Source: Bugula neritina (lineage: Eukaryota; Animalia; Bryozoa). From it: DNA of 64,000 nucleotides. The position numbers and the translations under genes are program-made. Below are positions 1 through 14,806 of this stretch, one piece after another; the stretch's first letter is position 1; the number at the start of each line of letters is the position of its first letter. The notes under the pieces are model-generated. The model was not told the origin of the DNA. It did no database searches and saw only the letters and a program-made list of their open reading frames with translations. The stretch is taken from the NCBI GenBank assembly GCA_964035545.1, contig OZ037768.1, positions 1,416,184 to 1,480,183 on the forward strand, written 5' to 3'.

Positions 1-178
1 TAGAATACAGTATATATAGAATACAGTATATAGAATACAGTGTATAGAATACAGTGTATAGAATACAGTATATAGAATACAGTATATATAATACAGTATA
101 TAGAATACAGTATATAGAATACATTATATAGAATACAGTATATAGAATACAGTGTATAGAATATAGTGTATAGAATAC
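1..178. repeat. 14-bp minisatellite (TAGAATACAGTATA)n starting exactly at an SMG5 splice donor
   Basis: About 12 visible units; on the minus strand the array begins at ...GACAACG|GTATTCTATACACT and each unit repeats GTATTC. Confidence 0.9.
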
Positions 179-2525
179 CGTTGTCAGGCTGGTAGTGTAG
201 TGCCTGGTAGTAATATCGCTGAGCCAGCACCCAACTTCTGTTGCCGTCATATTCTTTCATGTAACGAGCTGAAACATTGGCCAGGATGATGTCAACATTC
301 ACTGCTATTACTAGACACATTATAACATTACATACAACTTGCATATCAGCTGAGGTACTCAAGTATTGCTTGTATGGTCATACCCAAGTCCCCGAGATAC
401 ACAAGGCATCGGTGGATAGCCTTCTCGGCCCAGCTTAGTCCAGACGCAGCAGCCTGCTTACTGTTTCCTGCTTCAAACTCTACAAAATTATATCGAGGTC
501 TACAATGAGGTCTACAGAATAGAGGCACACAATGAGGTCTACAGACTTCAAATAATAGCTAAAGACATCAGATAGAATATAAAGATAGGCAGACAGCTAA
601 AATATAACTAAAAGAATTGAGATACTAACTTGTTAAAAAAACACTACAAATTTAAAACTGTCAATAAACTATGTACACTCTCAGACTGACAGCGTGTGAC
701 ATCAAATATAATGCGTACCAACAGCACTGGAGTATCGCCGGTAGTAACAGTCAGTAACACTCTCGATACTCATCTTAAACTCGTACTGTATCCTGAATAG
801 GAGGTGATTGTAGAACCCAGCGGCAGCCATTAGATGGGTCTGGTAGGACGTCACCAGATTCTTAGGCAGCTTTGTATTCTAGAACATTCCAAATATTTCA
901 TGTTACAGAAACCTACACACTCTGCTGGTCAAATTGCCAGGTCATATTTTATTATGTCGCTGTATTTGTATCGTAGCAGATTATATTATACTATAAATTA
1001 TATTACATAAATGCCTTGTATTGTATTAGAATATACTACAACACATGCTTCTAGTATGTATGTATGTGTGTGTATGTATGTGTGTATGTATGTATGTATG
1101 CATGTGTGTATGTATGTGTGTGTATGTATGTGTGTGTATGTATGTATGTGTGTATGTATGCGTGTGTGTATGTATGTATGTGTATGTATGTATGTATGTA
1201 TGTATGTATGTATGTATGTATGTATGTGTGTATGTATGTATGTATGTATGCATGTGTGTATGCATTTACATAATAAAGTAACGGACTTGTGAATAGAAAC
1301 TAATATACTCTATTAATTTGGTACCAATGCCATCTTTAAAAAACAACACATTTTTTCAAGACTTTCACATTCTACAGCTCTAGAAGTTTGTCAAACTTTC
1401 CTTATCTAAACTATCAAGACAGGAAACGAACTTAATATCAAAAATAACCTTCTTAATCTGTTTCATAGACTGAATCGGTTCATAGAAGACTTTCCGCCAG
1501 AGTAAATCTTCAGCCTTACGTCCAAATTCCAAAGGGTCGTGAAACATCAGTCTCTCGCAATAGTCCTTCAGTCTGGAAAATATAATCTAATTAGCAATAA
1601 GTAGTAGTACAACTTGATGGGATATGAAAAATTTAGTATGAAATTCAATAGCAGTGGTCTAGCCGTTAGATCATTGGCTTAGTAAACAAAAAGTCATTGG
1701 CTTGATCCCAGTAAAGGTAATTGGTGATGTTAGGAAGGGCATCCAGTCATAACTTCTCTTGTGCCACAGCAGAAAACGAGTCCTTAGGGCTTAGACCCTA
1801 TTCCATCAGGGGTTCTCACAGGGATAGCGTCCATAAACACACATGAGCTTTTATCTAGTAACAAGTTCCAGTAACTACTATTCATATTTGAAGCAAAAAC
1901 ATATAAAAACTCAGCGCAAACTAAACCTGTTTCGATAAAATATGGTCTCTGTTGAGAAGAGGTCTCTATTGGTGGATTTTCTTTTAGCTATATCATCCAA
2001 ACTCTTCACCGTCTCCATTGCATGCCTGCAAAAATCTCAATCTTAAACCTACAATTCTATGTCACAAAATCTGCAAAATACAAATAAATTTTAGAAATAG
2101 CTAGTTTCTTTCCAAAAAATAGGAAAATACAATACAACTGGACTAAAACTTTTCTAGTAAAACCAGTCAATTTGATTCGATTGTAAAATGCATAAAAATA
2201 ACAAAAAGGTAATAAAATTTGTTAGCTAATTACCGATCAATCTGAATTTACTGTTTAGATAGTATTTTGGTTCTTCTTTACTTAATTGAAACTCCATAGC
2301 AAATCGAAAATTTAATATGGACTATTGAAACTTAGTTTTGGAGTTTACTTATTTATTTTTTATAGACCCAATAGTATCAGTTTAAAGTTTGTTTTTTACA
2401 AAATCAATAAAATTTATTGACTAATTCAATTATTACACACATAAAGTGAAGGGGTCTATTTCAGTCTTAATTTAGTAGACTTACCGAAAAGCACGCCTAG
2501 CCTGGTCACTTGGTGTTCTTGACAT
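179..2525 (-). CDS. SMG5: Nonsense-mediated decay factor SMG5 (EST1 family), 5' exons; continues beyond the left edge
   Basis: Exons 2525-2485, 2025-1927, 1572-1449, 878-719, 479-384, 268-179 with GT-AG ends and consistent phases. Peptides LKDYCERLMFHDPLEFGRKAEDLLWRKVFYEPIQ, YQTHLMAAAGFYNHLL, WAEKAIHRCLVYLGDLARY and LAQRYYYQAL match the SMG5 N-terminal domain. Confidence 0.9.
1055..1262. repeat. (TATG/TGTG)n microsatellite in an SMG5 intron
   Basis: Directly visible; explains the spurious ORFs at 1011-1292. Confidence 0.95.
1650..1855 (+). mobile_element. tRNA-derived SINE, degenerate copy
   Basis: A-box-like GTGGTCTAGCCG, core GGTGATGTTAGGAAGGGCATCCAGTCATAA and tail GGGGTTCTCACAGGGAT...CACATGAG, shared with the copies at 41915-42126 and 59793-59978. 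Confidence 0.7.
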
Positions 2526-3949
2526 TTCTATTTGAGTCTTTCAACTGAAAGTCGATCCTGGAAATTACATAAAATTATTATCATGATTAGTTAATTCAAT
2601 GTAGTTATAATAATAATAATTATGGTCAAAAGAGATACAATTTATTAATTGATGTATCCAAAATCAACAACTGTAATCTTTCAGATTCAGCAGTTTGTCA
2701 ATACAAGTATCAAGTTTAGCACCAGAAGCAGAGAACATCAAATGTGTTAGTGGTGATGCTAGATCATGAAAGGCCGCTGGTACGTTCCATTGCTTTTATT
2801 ATACAGAGAGTTTCCAATTTACAAAATTAGTGCTACTAGTAGTACTTGTATTAGAGTTATTGTTTGATTAGAAATTGTAACAAGCCAACTGCCTAATGCA
2901 CCTAATAGTAATACCAAGAGTAATACTGTGATAGTTTTGCGGGTTGGTAAAGTTAACTGGAGAACACAACTCCTTGCAGTTAAGAGAAAAAAGAGCAGAT
3001 GATTTCCAGATATAGATAGTACTTTATTGCAGCAGAAGAAAAGTGTAAAAGTCTTCATCAGTGGAGTGTCCTCGGCTAGCTCCAGTGGTAGACTGACTCT
3101 ACACTGGTGAGCTCGCCTCCTTTTAGATTCTAAAACTGGGAGACAACTTCTGACCGAAATCGGATTTACAGAAGTGAACAAAGAAAAATAAACAAATAAA
3201 CTACACCAAGAGTTTAACTATAATAATAGCAATTAAGTCATTCAGAAAACTTCCCCAAGAGTTTAACAATGCAAATAGTTAACACATTCTAGCAATTTCC
3301 AGAACGTGACGATAAATCCCAAAATCTACTACAATACTAAAGTTACTGTAAGCGTAAGTTAATAAATGAAAATTTTAACTCTGATGTTAATTTAAATATC
3401 ATCATTAAAATCCAACTAAATGGCAAATTAATATTATTTACAATTTATTGCACTTGCAGCCATAATGACAATTTTGATTATATTAAATTTTCGACATATA
3501 TCTAATTCTTAGTCTATAATAATATTACGGTAAGTATATATTTATGTTATTTGAATTTTTACTAAAACATTAGCAATAAATTATCACAACGGTAAACATC
3601 ATCATCATAATCACTCAATTTATAATCACTATCAGCCTATGACTAGTCTAATACAGTAATAGTAATACTAATAATAATAATTATAATATTAATAATACTA
3701 TCACTCAAACATAATTATAATACTATCAGTATCACCATGAGTATGATAATGATACTCATACTATAATAGTATAACTATAACATTAAAAATAACTATAATT
3801 AGTACAACTACAAGTACAACTACAAGTACAACTACAAGCATCGGTGTCAGTATGAGTATGACTATCACCATCACTATGACTATCACTAAGAGTAAGACTA
3901 AGACTAAGAGTAAGAGTAAGAGCATGAAGTATTGACTTTGAGTTATTCA

Positions 3950-4500
3950 TAACCAGGCGTATTATTGCAGATATTTCTCACTAATAAAACACACATATAT
4001 TTACATACTTTACTAAAGTTTCATCAACATCGCTCTAAAGAGCATTGTAACATGCCATTGACTCTCAGTAAAGACAAAAATGTATTAGCAGTGAACGCGA
4101 AGTTGTAGTTTATGTTTCAATCTAGAGACAATATTTATGTCGCAAAAGCTATCTTAGTGTCGTCACTTACTATGGTTGAGTAAATGTTTTATGTTAGACA
4201 AAAACTTACGTTACATTATTATAAGAAACCGACCTGCAATATTATAAGCTAAAACTACACACATGTACCTCTTCGTAACGGTCAATGATAGCATCGAGAA
4301 ACCGTAAAACATCTCATTGGGATTTATTTCCCATTGAAAGATTCACATTCAGTTTCACCTACAGTTGGTGAATTACAGTGACACTCAGTGACTGATGGTT
4401 AATCTTTGTTACTAATAGTAATACTTCTTGCTAAATAGTTTGTAGTGGTGTTAAAGTTATTAAGTTTATTAGTATTACTATTAGCTTCAAAGTTCATGGG
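3950..4500. promoter_or_regulatory. Probable divergent promoter region between SMG5 and GFOD1
   Basis: Inferred from head-to-head gene orientation and a CpG-containing island between two low-complexity tracts; transcription start sites not determined. Confidence 0.4.
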
Positions 4501-5168
4501 AGTTGAAAGTTTTGCAATTTAAATTTTAACAAGTACAACAACTACAAGCCACAAGGAATATCAAATTCAATAGGTAAATAACTGAATAAGTATTAGTATA
4601 ACATTAACTACGGTATAGTGATAGTTTATAAGTATAACTATAACTGAAATTTACTACTTAGGCTTATAGTAGAATCCTAAGAAATAACGATCATCATGCA
4701 GATCATCATCAGGTGATCATGGTCATGATGATAGAAACTAATAGTAATACTAATAGTAATAATAAAATTAAATAACTATAATTATTAGATTAAGATTTAG
4801 TAACTATAAGCAAACAATGTATTAGTCTAAGAGTAAAATCATGATCAGGCGATGATGATAGCATTTGCATTAAATGAAAATTAAATTAAATAATTATATA
4901 ATAATTGACATAATGTTAATAGTTTCTTTTTTAAAACATTTTAAGCCACTTGCAGTTGTTATTCATATTGTTAAATAAAGTGAGTGGTATTTAAATTATT
5001 TTAATATTCATAAGTATTGGTATATAATTATATATAAGTCTATCTTAATATACATTATATATAAATTGCTTTATTTGCTTTAGCTTATATTATGATATAA
5101 ATTAATTAAATTTTGTCTGAATTGTTTTTACAGTTAGCCATTTTGCAGTCACAAAGTGAAAGAAGGCT

Positions 5169-7061
5169 ATGTTACCTGGAGTTGGAATATTTGGCACTGG
5201 GCCACTTGCAAAGGTAATAGCAACTGTGTTGAAGGACTGTGGGTTTACAATTGCTGCTGTTTGGAGTCGAGCTTTAAAAGATGCTGAAATTTTTGCCAAA
5301 GAGTTGGATATTCCAATATACACAAACAAAGTTGATGGCCTGTTGCTGAAGCCGGAAGTAGGATGTGTTGTTATACTGTGTACTCCCCATCTCCAATCAC
5401 CTATTGCTGTGAAAGCTCTGGGTATTGGTAAGCATGTTATTGCTACTTGGCCAGCAGGAACAAGTCAACTTGAGGTTCTCAAGATGGTGAAAGGCGCAAC
5501 ATACTACCCAAGCCTATTGTCAATTATGTGCCACGGATTGCGGTTTCTTCCAGCTTATATAATCATGAAGCAGCAGATTTTATGGGGTAAAATTGGTGAC
5601 TTACAATTGTTTGAAGTTCGAATACATCGACAGAAAAAAGCGGCCAAGTACAGCTGGCGATGTGATGGACTAATGGGGGGCGGGGCTTTGTCCTTGCACG
5701 GTAGTTACATCATTGACATCATCACATTTCTCTCTGACAAGAAGGCGCACTCTGTCAGCGGAATGGTAAAAACTTACGCCGAAGGTGGTGGTGATGTACA
5801 AGGTGTTCGTGAGGTTACTTGTGATGACTTTTGCACGTTCCAGATGGAACTTGGCAGCGTGAGTGTGTCGTGTACTATAAACACTCACGTTGACAGCGAG
5901 CATTCACATGAGGTGATTGCGGTAGGTTCAAAGGGTAAATTAGTTGTGAAAGATTTAGACTTGTATATCAAATTAAAAGATGAGGCAGCTGAGCGCCTTC
6001 TACATAAAGAGACGGTTGATGTTGATTCCAATCCTAAAACATCTTCAAGTATGACAGATGCTTTAGAAGTTGGTAGAGTTCCATTTACTATAGGTTAGTA
6101 TCTGAATTTTCGTGAGAAGTGCTCTTTACCATTACATATTCAGGAAATCAGAAATGATGCTAATTTCATGCTTTGATTTGTAATTGTATTCCTTGCTAAC
6201 GTAACAAATTCATACTAAGTATAACATTTTGCACCCTAAAGCATAGTACTATTATTTCACATGATTTTCTCTAAACAAATGCATTAATTCCATTTAATCC
6301 TTAAAAGTCCGTTAGTATTTTGAATTTCTTGTATTATCAGATATACATGTATGATAAAAAACATATTCTCTATGCTATTTTTTAATATTTTTCTGATAAA
6401 TGAATTGCGAGAGTATAAATGTTATCATAATGCTCTCTTTTTAGGCAGTTTTACTCTTTTACATAGTCACTAGAATGTATTTCTGCACATAACAATATGT
6501 TGCGTGAATGCATACGCTTTTCTTTATACAAAAATTGCTTTTATATAAATAAATTAGCATACTGTGTACTCTAATGGTGTCATCACATGATGTGTACTCT
6601 AATGATGTCACCACATATTGTGTGCTCTAATGGTGTCATCACATAATGTGTACTCTAATGATGTCACCACATATTGTGTGCTCTAATAATGTCACCACAT
6701 ATTGTTAACTCTACTGATGTCACCACATACTGTGTACTCTGGTGATGTCACCACATATTGTGTACTCTGGTGATGTCACCATATCTTGTGTATTCTGGTG
6801 ATTATAGGGCTGGAGAAGACACTGAAGGCCATAGCAAATGCCTTCAAAGCTGTGGAAGATGTGCACGGCTGGAGTAGTGACCTAATTGCTGACAGGTCAA
6901 CTTTCAACGATGCCTTGTATGTGCAAACAGTGATAGACTGTGTTAAAATATCCAGCAAGACCAAGCAGTGGGTTTCAGTGAACGTTCTGGAAGAAGAACC
7001 AGATCCAAACCCTCACTTGTCTTCAGCAGTCAGACGAAATGCTCTCAACTCTTTTTACTAG
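5169..7061 (+). CDS. GFOD1: Glucose-fructose oxidoreductase domain-containing protein (Gfo/Idh/MocA family)
   Basis: Exons 5169-6093 and 6808-7061 (phase 1, GT-AG). MLPGVGIFGTG, IAVKALGIGKHV, YYPSLLSIM...LRFLP, YSWRCDGLMGGGAL and TFNDALYVQTVID are typical of GFOD1/2. Confidence 0.92.
6560..6807. repeat. ~26-28-bp minisatellite (TGTGTACTCTAATGATGTCACCACATAT-like) ending at the GFOD1 exon-2 acceptor
   Basis: About 9 degenerate units; the last unit TGTGTATTCTGGTGATTATAG supplies the acceptor AG. Confidence 0.85.
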
Positions 7062-8584
7062 CTATTACCCATCTGTTACAATATGGAGGAGAAATTTGCG
7101 TAATGCTTACATACTGTTGGTACAGAGCTTTACTCCGGAGTAGCTGACGAGACTGTAACAGCAAAGATCTCAATGCTCAATTTGTACTTTGTAGTGTGGG
7201 TTCAGTCAGCCACAAACTCATGTCTTTTATATAAGTTACTATATAGTTAACTGGTCTCCATGTTAAATCTCTTCAAATGTTGTCATAGATGCAGTGCCAT
7301 TTCGTTTTTACAGCAGAATATACTAAGTTTTATATTACATCATGGTTGCAATAGTTAATATATTCTAATAATTATTTTATAGTCATGTCTGTTGACCCGT
7401 GTATATAGTCTTCTATTTTCTAGTCTGGGTTATAAGTTCTATAATATTAGGAATAGTGAATGTACGTTTTGTCTTTATACTATCTAAATATAAATTTAGA
7501 CGTTTTTAGTGTATTTTTGTTGCACAGTGGGATAAAAATTGCAAAAGAGCTAAGAGATACCACTTGGCACTTTCTAATGTTTAGTAATTCATCAGTTGGT
7601 ATGGAAGGTAAATAGGAAATGGTCCTTTACATGATTAATGAGCTCAAACAAGAGAGTTACTAACTGGAGTTTAACGATTACAACCATTTTTTTCTTACAC
7701 AGAATTGAAAGCAATTTTTAGCTGTGATTTCAAAATGAATTGCTAATAATATATTTCTTCATGCTTGGAACACTATATTTGATTTTTTCATATTTCCAAT
7801 TATTTAAATCTAGCCTTCAGTATAACTATCACTTACAGCTTCATTACATTTTCGTTCATAAAATTGTATTATAACCAGAACATTGGTGCAAGTTTACCAA
7901 AAGGTGAGCTAAAAAGTTAGCAAACATGTGTTTAATAATTTTAAGTTTTATTGTATTGCTTAGCATCAAAAATATGCAAATAATATTTTCAAGTAGAGAT
8001 GAAAAAGAACATATATAGGCAAGAGTCATCAATACAAACATTGAATAAATGTATCAACCACCAAGCAAACGGAAAATATGCACAGTATTTCTAAAAATGG
8101 TGGCTATAATGTAACGAAAATATAATTTATAACTATAAGACATGAGATTTATATTTGGGTATTGATAGTAAGAAAACCACACAGTAATTATGCAGTTGTG
8201 AAGGTGAAGCTGTTTTATGAGGTGTCAAATAAAATATACGAAATAAAAATGAGATTTTGGGTATTAAAGACATAAACATTTGTATCTATGATTGAAGTAG
8301 TTGAAAATATCACCAATAACTAACCACTGCAGCGATCAAATAAAACGCTATGACACGCTTACACTTGAAACAAAAGATAATAGCATAGATGTGGCACACA
8401 GCACAGGGTAGATACGAAATCACTAATGGCATACATTACAAATCTTATAGCCCAGACCCACAACATAAACCTAGCACTGCTTACATTAGTATAATCTACT
8501 TTTGAGATACATCATGAAAGTCAAAGGGTCTTGCTCTAAATATAAATAAAGTTGAACGAAGATTTTGGTAGACCAGATCTTGTG

Positions 8585-10099
8585 TTAGTCATCCTTACTG
8601 GCGGACTGAGGGTCCACCCTGGCTACTTTAACCCGAGACGGGGCCACAGCATTCAACTTCCTCTCTTCTTTTGAGTCAGGCTCTTCGTCTGCGTTTGATT
8701 TGTTCTCCTGACTAGCAGAGGGCAGGAGACTGACCAATCCCTGAGGTTTGTCTGGTCTGTACTTTTTCAACATGTCTGGCTCGAAACCTGGATGTCGGCG
8801 GACATGTTTGCTGAGGTGGTCGCTCCTCATAAACCTCTTCTCACAGATGGGACAGATGAAGTTCTTTTCCCCTAAACATTCACATATAAGTTTCAATATG
8901 ACTACAGACATTCTACCAGGGGAGATAAAGACTTGTCTGCTCACAAAGGTACAACACATATAAAACAAAAAGGATGAGAATGAGGATAAACACAGTACTT
9001 CACTGTTAGATGTATTCATTCTGCTATTATATATGCATTGTGTTCAATTAGTAATAAAACTTAGTGGGCAGACAACTCACCAGTGTGTGTTCGGAAGTGT
9101 CTAGTTAGTTCATCAGATCTGGCAAATTTCTTGTAACAATCTTTCCATCTGCAGGGAAAAGGTTTCTCTCCTGAAACACACAGCTTGATTGAAATAACAT
9201 AGTTGTATGGTTTATTTTTACCACTATTACTACTATTACTACTATTACTACTATTGCTACTACTCTCAACTATATGTTCACTGAAAATACTCTCAACTCA
9301 ATGTTTACTGATGATTATCACACTGACCTGTATGGGCCCGAAGGTGGGCTTTGAGGTGAGACGATTTGCCGTAGCTGCGAGGACAATTGACATGAGGGCA
9401 CTCAAACAGCTTCTTAGTTTTGCTGCGATCCAGTATTTCCTTGAGAGATTTGTGACGAATAGAACCAATATGCTTCATTTGAGTGAGAATAGCGGCAGCA
9501 TACTGATCTGACACGACATCAGGGTTAGAGGGTGGAGAAGACGACTTGTGCACGGTAACTTGAGATTCTGGTGCTGCTGCGAAATAGTTGTGATCAACCA
9601 AATGTCGGGGTGGGTATAAGAACCGCACGTAACGATCAGAACTTAGGAGTACAGAGTCACAAACAGAAGATACTTTATATGAACAGTCTGGCTGAGGTGA
9701 TTCTATTCGTACTTTATCAAGACTACAAATGGCTTCAGCTGCTAAATGTTTGTCAACTTTGTCGATGCTTTCAACATACTTAGTTCTTTTATCGAGATTG
9801 CATATGGCCTCCGCAGCGAGTTGAATATCGGCTTTGTCATCATCGTGGAGAGACTGATTGCTTTCATCTCCATTTACTTCCACCGTGCTGTCTGAGATTC
9901 CTACTGCAATTGGAGGTTGAAGCTCATCTCCAACTTTTTCACACTGTTCCAAGTCAACAGAATTGGATACGATACGATTTAATTGTGATTGTCGTGTATT
10001 ATAAGAAGACTTTATACTAGTTGACGATTCTGCCCCTGTACTGGCAGAATTTCTCTGTTTATCGTACAGCTTTTTCTTTTGTCTGGATTTATAAGGCAT
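8585..10099 (-). CDS. Kruppel-like factor, KLF9/13/14/16 (BTEB) group
   Basis: Exons 10099-9328, 9170-9081, 8871-8585. Three C2H2 fingers ([23 protein letters not shown] / [23 protein letters not shown] / [21 protein letters not shown]) followed by PGFEPDML; N-terminal AAEAICxL Sin3-interaction-like motifs. Confidence 0.9.
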
Positions 10100-11440
10100 T
10101 CTAAAACAATTATTAAACAAGTTACAAAATAATAAAATAAGACAACCCGAAATATGATTGAGCTTTGAAAAATAGTGAATAATTAGAGAACAGAAGTTAA
10201 ATAGAAACGCCAACATTGTTTAGTTTGCTGATTAATTGGTTGATTGATAACATTACAAATTTACTAGCAAAAATTGTCAAAAAAATATTTATCTAGTGCA
10301 ACCTATGACCACAATGACTAATATTTAACAAAGTTTAACACTCATCAACAGAATAAATATTAATTGACTTCGGTTGAATTGACGTGTGTCTTGTAATTAT
10401 CATAATATTATCCTGAAAATACAAAAACAATTTAATTTCAACAATAGCAAGTACTAAAAAAAGATTTATACCAAGTTGAAAACTCACTGTTATAAATTAT
10501 AATAAACCAATTGGTGAATCTACTATAACTTGAAGACTTGAACGTAACGGTAATGTTTAATTTAAGCCAAGTGGGTAAGGTGCTGTTGGTTTATGATAGC
10601 ATCAATATTACTATGAATATGTACTTTCAGCTTCATTAAAAATAAAAATTTGTGCCGCAGGTAAGTACTCAATCGCATGGTCATACTCATACTCATACTG
10701 ATTACCAAATACAAAATATAATCTATGATAAAAGTTAGTCCAATAGAATCAAAATAGTATTCTTACTAAAACTGAATAAATTTCAAAAGTGAAGAGTAAA
10801 GCCAAAAAGCTGAAAGTTGAAGTCCAAGCGTAAACTAAAACTAAAAATAAAAGCAAACTGCAAAGGTGAAACTCAAACTGAAAGAGAGCCGCAAAATATT
10901 GCTATTCTTACCTTTTTCCTAACTTGAAGGAAAATATATTGAACTTCAACAAAATTAGAATCACCAAATTATATATACTACATAACAATATACTTTTTAA
11001 GAGAGATGAGAGGCGCTAATAATGCTTAACTTTTAGAGAATTTTAATTTCTTTGTCCATGCCAAACGATATGACTACCTCTAACCAAGATGGGCGTGATC
11101 AACAAGGGAACGAGTTTGCGCTGTAAACGTCATTGGTTTCTGCTGGCTCTTTAGACGACGAGGCTGTAATAAATCGACTTGTAACGTAGCCTAGCGTTCT
11201 AACGAAGAAATGTCACCAGCAGCTAAATATTTGTGAACTATACGTTGCAAAGCTTTCCGTGGCTTTATTGAGGATAGGCTCCTACTAGGAGTGTCGTGGC
11301 GGAACTGCTGGCTACATCCACACAGATACTCGCACTGAACATTTTAATTTTATTGCTCATCCTCAGTGTGGTATATTAAGAGTGTTGACTTTAAACCATG
11401 AAAAATCATTATGTCGCTAATGGTACCGCAAGTTTATATA

Positions 11441-13222
11441 CAGTGCTGTGAAAAAGTTTAAGGACGCTTGCAAAAATTTCTATGTATTTCTATGTATTGT
11501 TTAATAGGCATTTCTTGGAAGTTCTTAGTATTTTCCTGCAAGTTCTATATATCAAAATGACCCCTAGAATGTGCACTACAATTCCCACCATATAAATTCC
11601 TACTGCTGTGATGTTTTCTACCTATTTTCGGGCTAACTATACAAGCAGCTAGGAAAGCGCAACTCCTGTGTTTTTATGTTTCCAAAGTTTATCGTTTCTG
11701 ATAATCACAAAAGGCTAAACAGTGAAATTTGACTTTGTACATGGCATCATGATACCATAAAGTATGACTTTCTTCCATAATTTAAAATCTGTCATTTAGT
11801 TGTAAGCTTTTACATGGTGTCCACTTAGGTGCTGCGCATAGACAAAATGAGAGCTGTAAATCTTACTTCAAAAGCAAGGTTTGTAATAATTTTTTTGCAT
11901 AACGAAGGTTATTCAATTAGGAAAATATCTGAAAAGGTTGGCAAAGCAAAGACAATTGTTTATCAAATTATCAAGAAATTCATGGAGACTGGCAGTGTAG
12001 CAGATCGACCTGAAAGTGGACGACCAAGAATAAGCACACTCGGAGATGACAAGGTTTTCATTAGGATCAGCAAGAAAGATTGCCATAAAACAAGTCCTGA
12101 GTTGGCAAAGAATGATCAGAATCAACAGGAACAACAGCTTCGACATCCCTGATAAGGCGAAGACTGCTGAGCCATGGTCTATGTGTCTGCAAAGCAAGAA
12201 GGAAGCCTCTACTAACCGAGAAGTAGCGAAAAAACCGGCTACGGTGGGCCAAGGAGCTTGGTAGTTAGACAGTGAATGATTAGAAAAAAGTAATTATTTC
12301 AGATAAATCTACATTTAATGTGAACAATCATGCTGGAAACTGTGTTGTTAGAAGATATCAGTATGAGGAATATAACCCCTAATGTATTCTTACAACAATT
12401 AAGCACCCTATCAGTGTTATGTTCTGGGGTTGTATAACATCAAAAGGTGTAGGTCGACTCAGTAATTGCTCTAAAATGATGTTAATGCCCAAAAATATAT
12501 AGAGAATCTCAATGCTAAACTCCTTCCAATCATAAAAAAACTTCTTTTTAAATGAAATTAACATATTTGAAGATGACAATGCACCATGCCATTGGGCAAA
12601 AACTGTTAAAGAGTGGATGAAAAAGCAGAGGGTCTCAACGCTTAACTAGCCAGCCCAAAGCCGGGACTTGAACCCAATAAGAAATTCATGGTCAAGAATG
12701 GCTAAAATAGTCTCTTCACAGAAGCCAACAACTAAGGTGGCACTCATAGAGCTTGTAATTCATGCATGGCATCATGTGGTGACTGGAAACGAGTTGGAGA
12801 AGCTGTACGAGTCGATGCCTCGTCGCTGCCGACTAGTGATTGAGAATAAAGGCTGGCCCACAAAACATTAATACTAAAATTTAAAGCACTGTGTGTTGCA
12901 ATGCTGCTATAATGTGTAGAACAAATCACATACAATATTTTTCTATGTTTCAAGTAAAATATACTGATATCCTAGAGTACACACAAATTGTGAGAACATT
13001 GAATAATTCCCATATATGCATAGTATCTCATTATTTCACCCAAATTTTGGAAGGAAGTAAAAAGAGACATTAATAATTTATATAAATGAGATAAGGAGAT
13101 CTTAAGGATCATTTTGATAGGTATCATGCCTATGGAAATGCTTTTGTCATGCCTTAAAATTAGCTTGGAACATTGCTATTATGGAAAACAATGAGGCGTC
13201 CTTAAACTTTTTCACAGCACTG
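11441..13222 (+). mobile_element. Tc1/mariner transposon nested in the left arm of the foldback element
   Basis: Perfect 27-bp TIRs CAGTGCTGTGAAAAAGTTTAAGGACGC with TA duplication; the empty site GTTTATATAAGTTAT is present in foldback copy 2 near 37388. Confidence 0.95.
11847..12871 (+). pseudogene. Tc1-family DDE transposase pseudogene
   Basis: HTH region (GYSIRKISEKVG...GSVADRPESGRPR), then SDKSTF, TIKHPISVMFWGCITSKGVGRL, EDDNAPCH, PAQSRDLNPIRNSW and KGWPTKH, split by frameshifts and in-frame stops. Confidence 0.9.
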
Positions 13223-13571
13223 TAAGTTATAAAGGAAGAATTTTGCCACTTTTGTGATTTTATTTTTTTATTTATATTATGTGTCCATTTTTTTAGTTTT
13301 GTTTATTGGTAGAGTTTTTAAACATATTTTCAATACATATAAAATTTTAAAAAAAATTAAAACTTAATCGTGCACGTAAATACAAAGCTATAAAGTTTAA
13401 GCTTCGCTGTGATTACAATGTGAATATGAATTGAATAATGCTTGCAATAACCATTTTACACAAAATACGTTACAGTTGCTATAAATGTAAAACTAGTAAA
13501 TTGGATGCAAATAGGCACGGTAATACTATTTAACTTATGCTATTTTTGAAATTTGTAGTAAATATTCGGCA

Positions 13572-14806
<1,235 letters not shown>

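Noticed and set aside
1011-1292. Overlapping ORFs rich in M/Y/V/C or H/T/Y
   Set aside because: Translations of a TATG microsatellite; not coding
11364-11390. Foldback element as a Tc1 derivative because both start with CAGTG
   Set aside because: Both foldback copies have 8-bp TSDs rather than TA, and similarity ends after 5 nt
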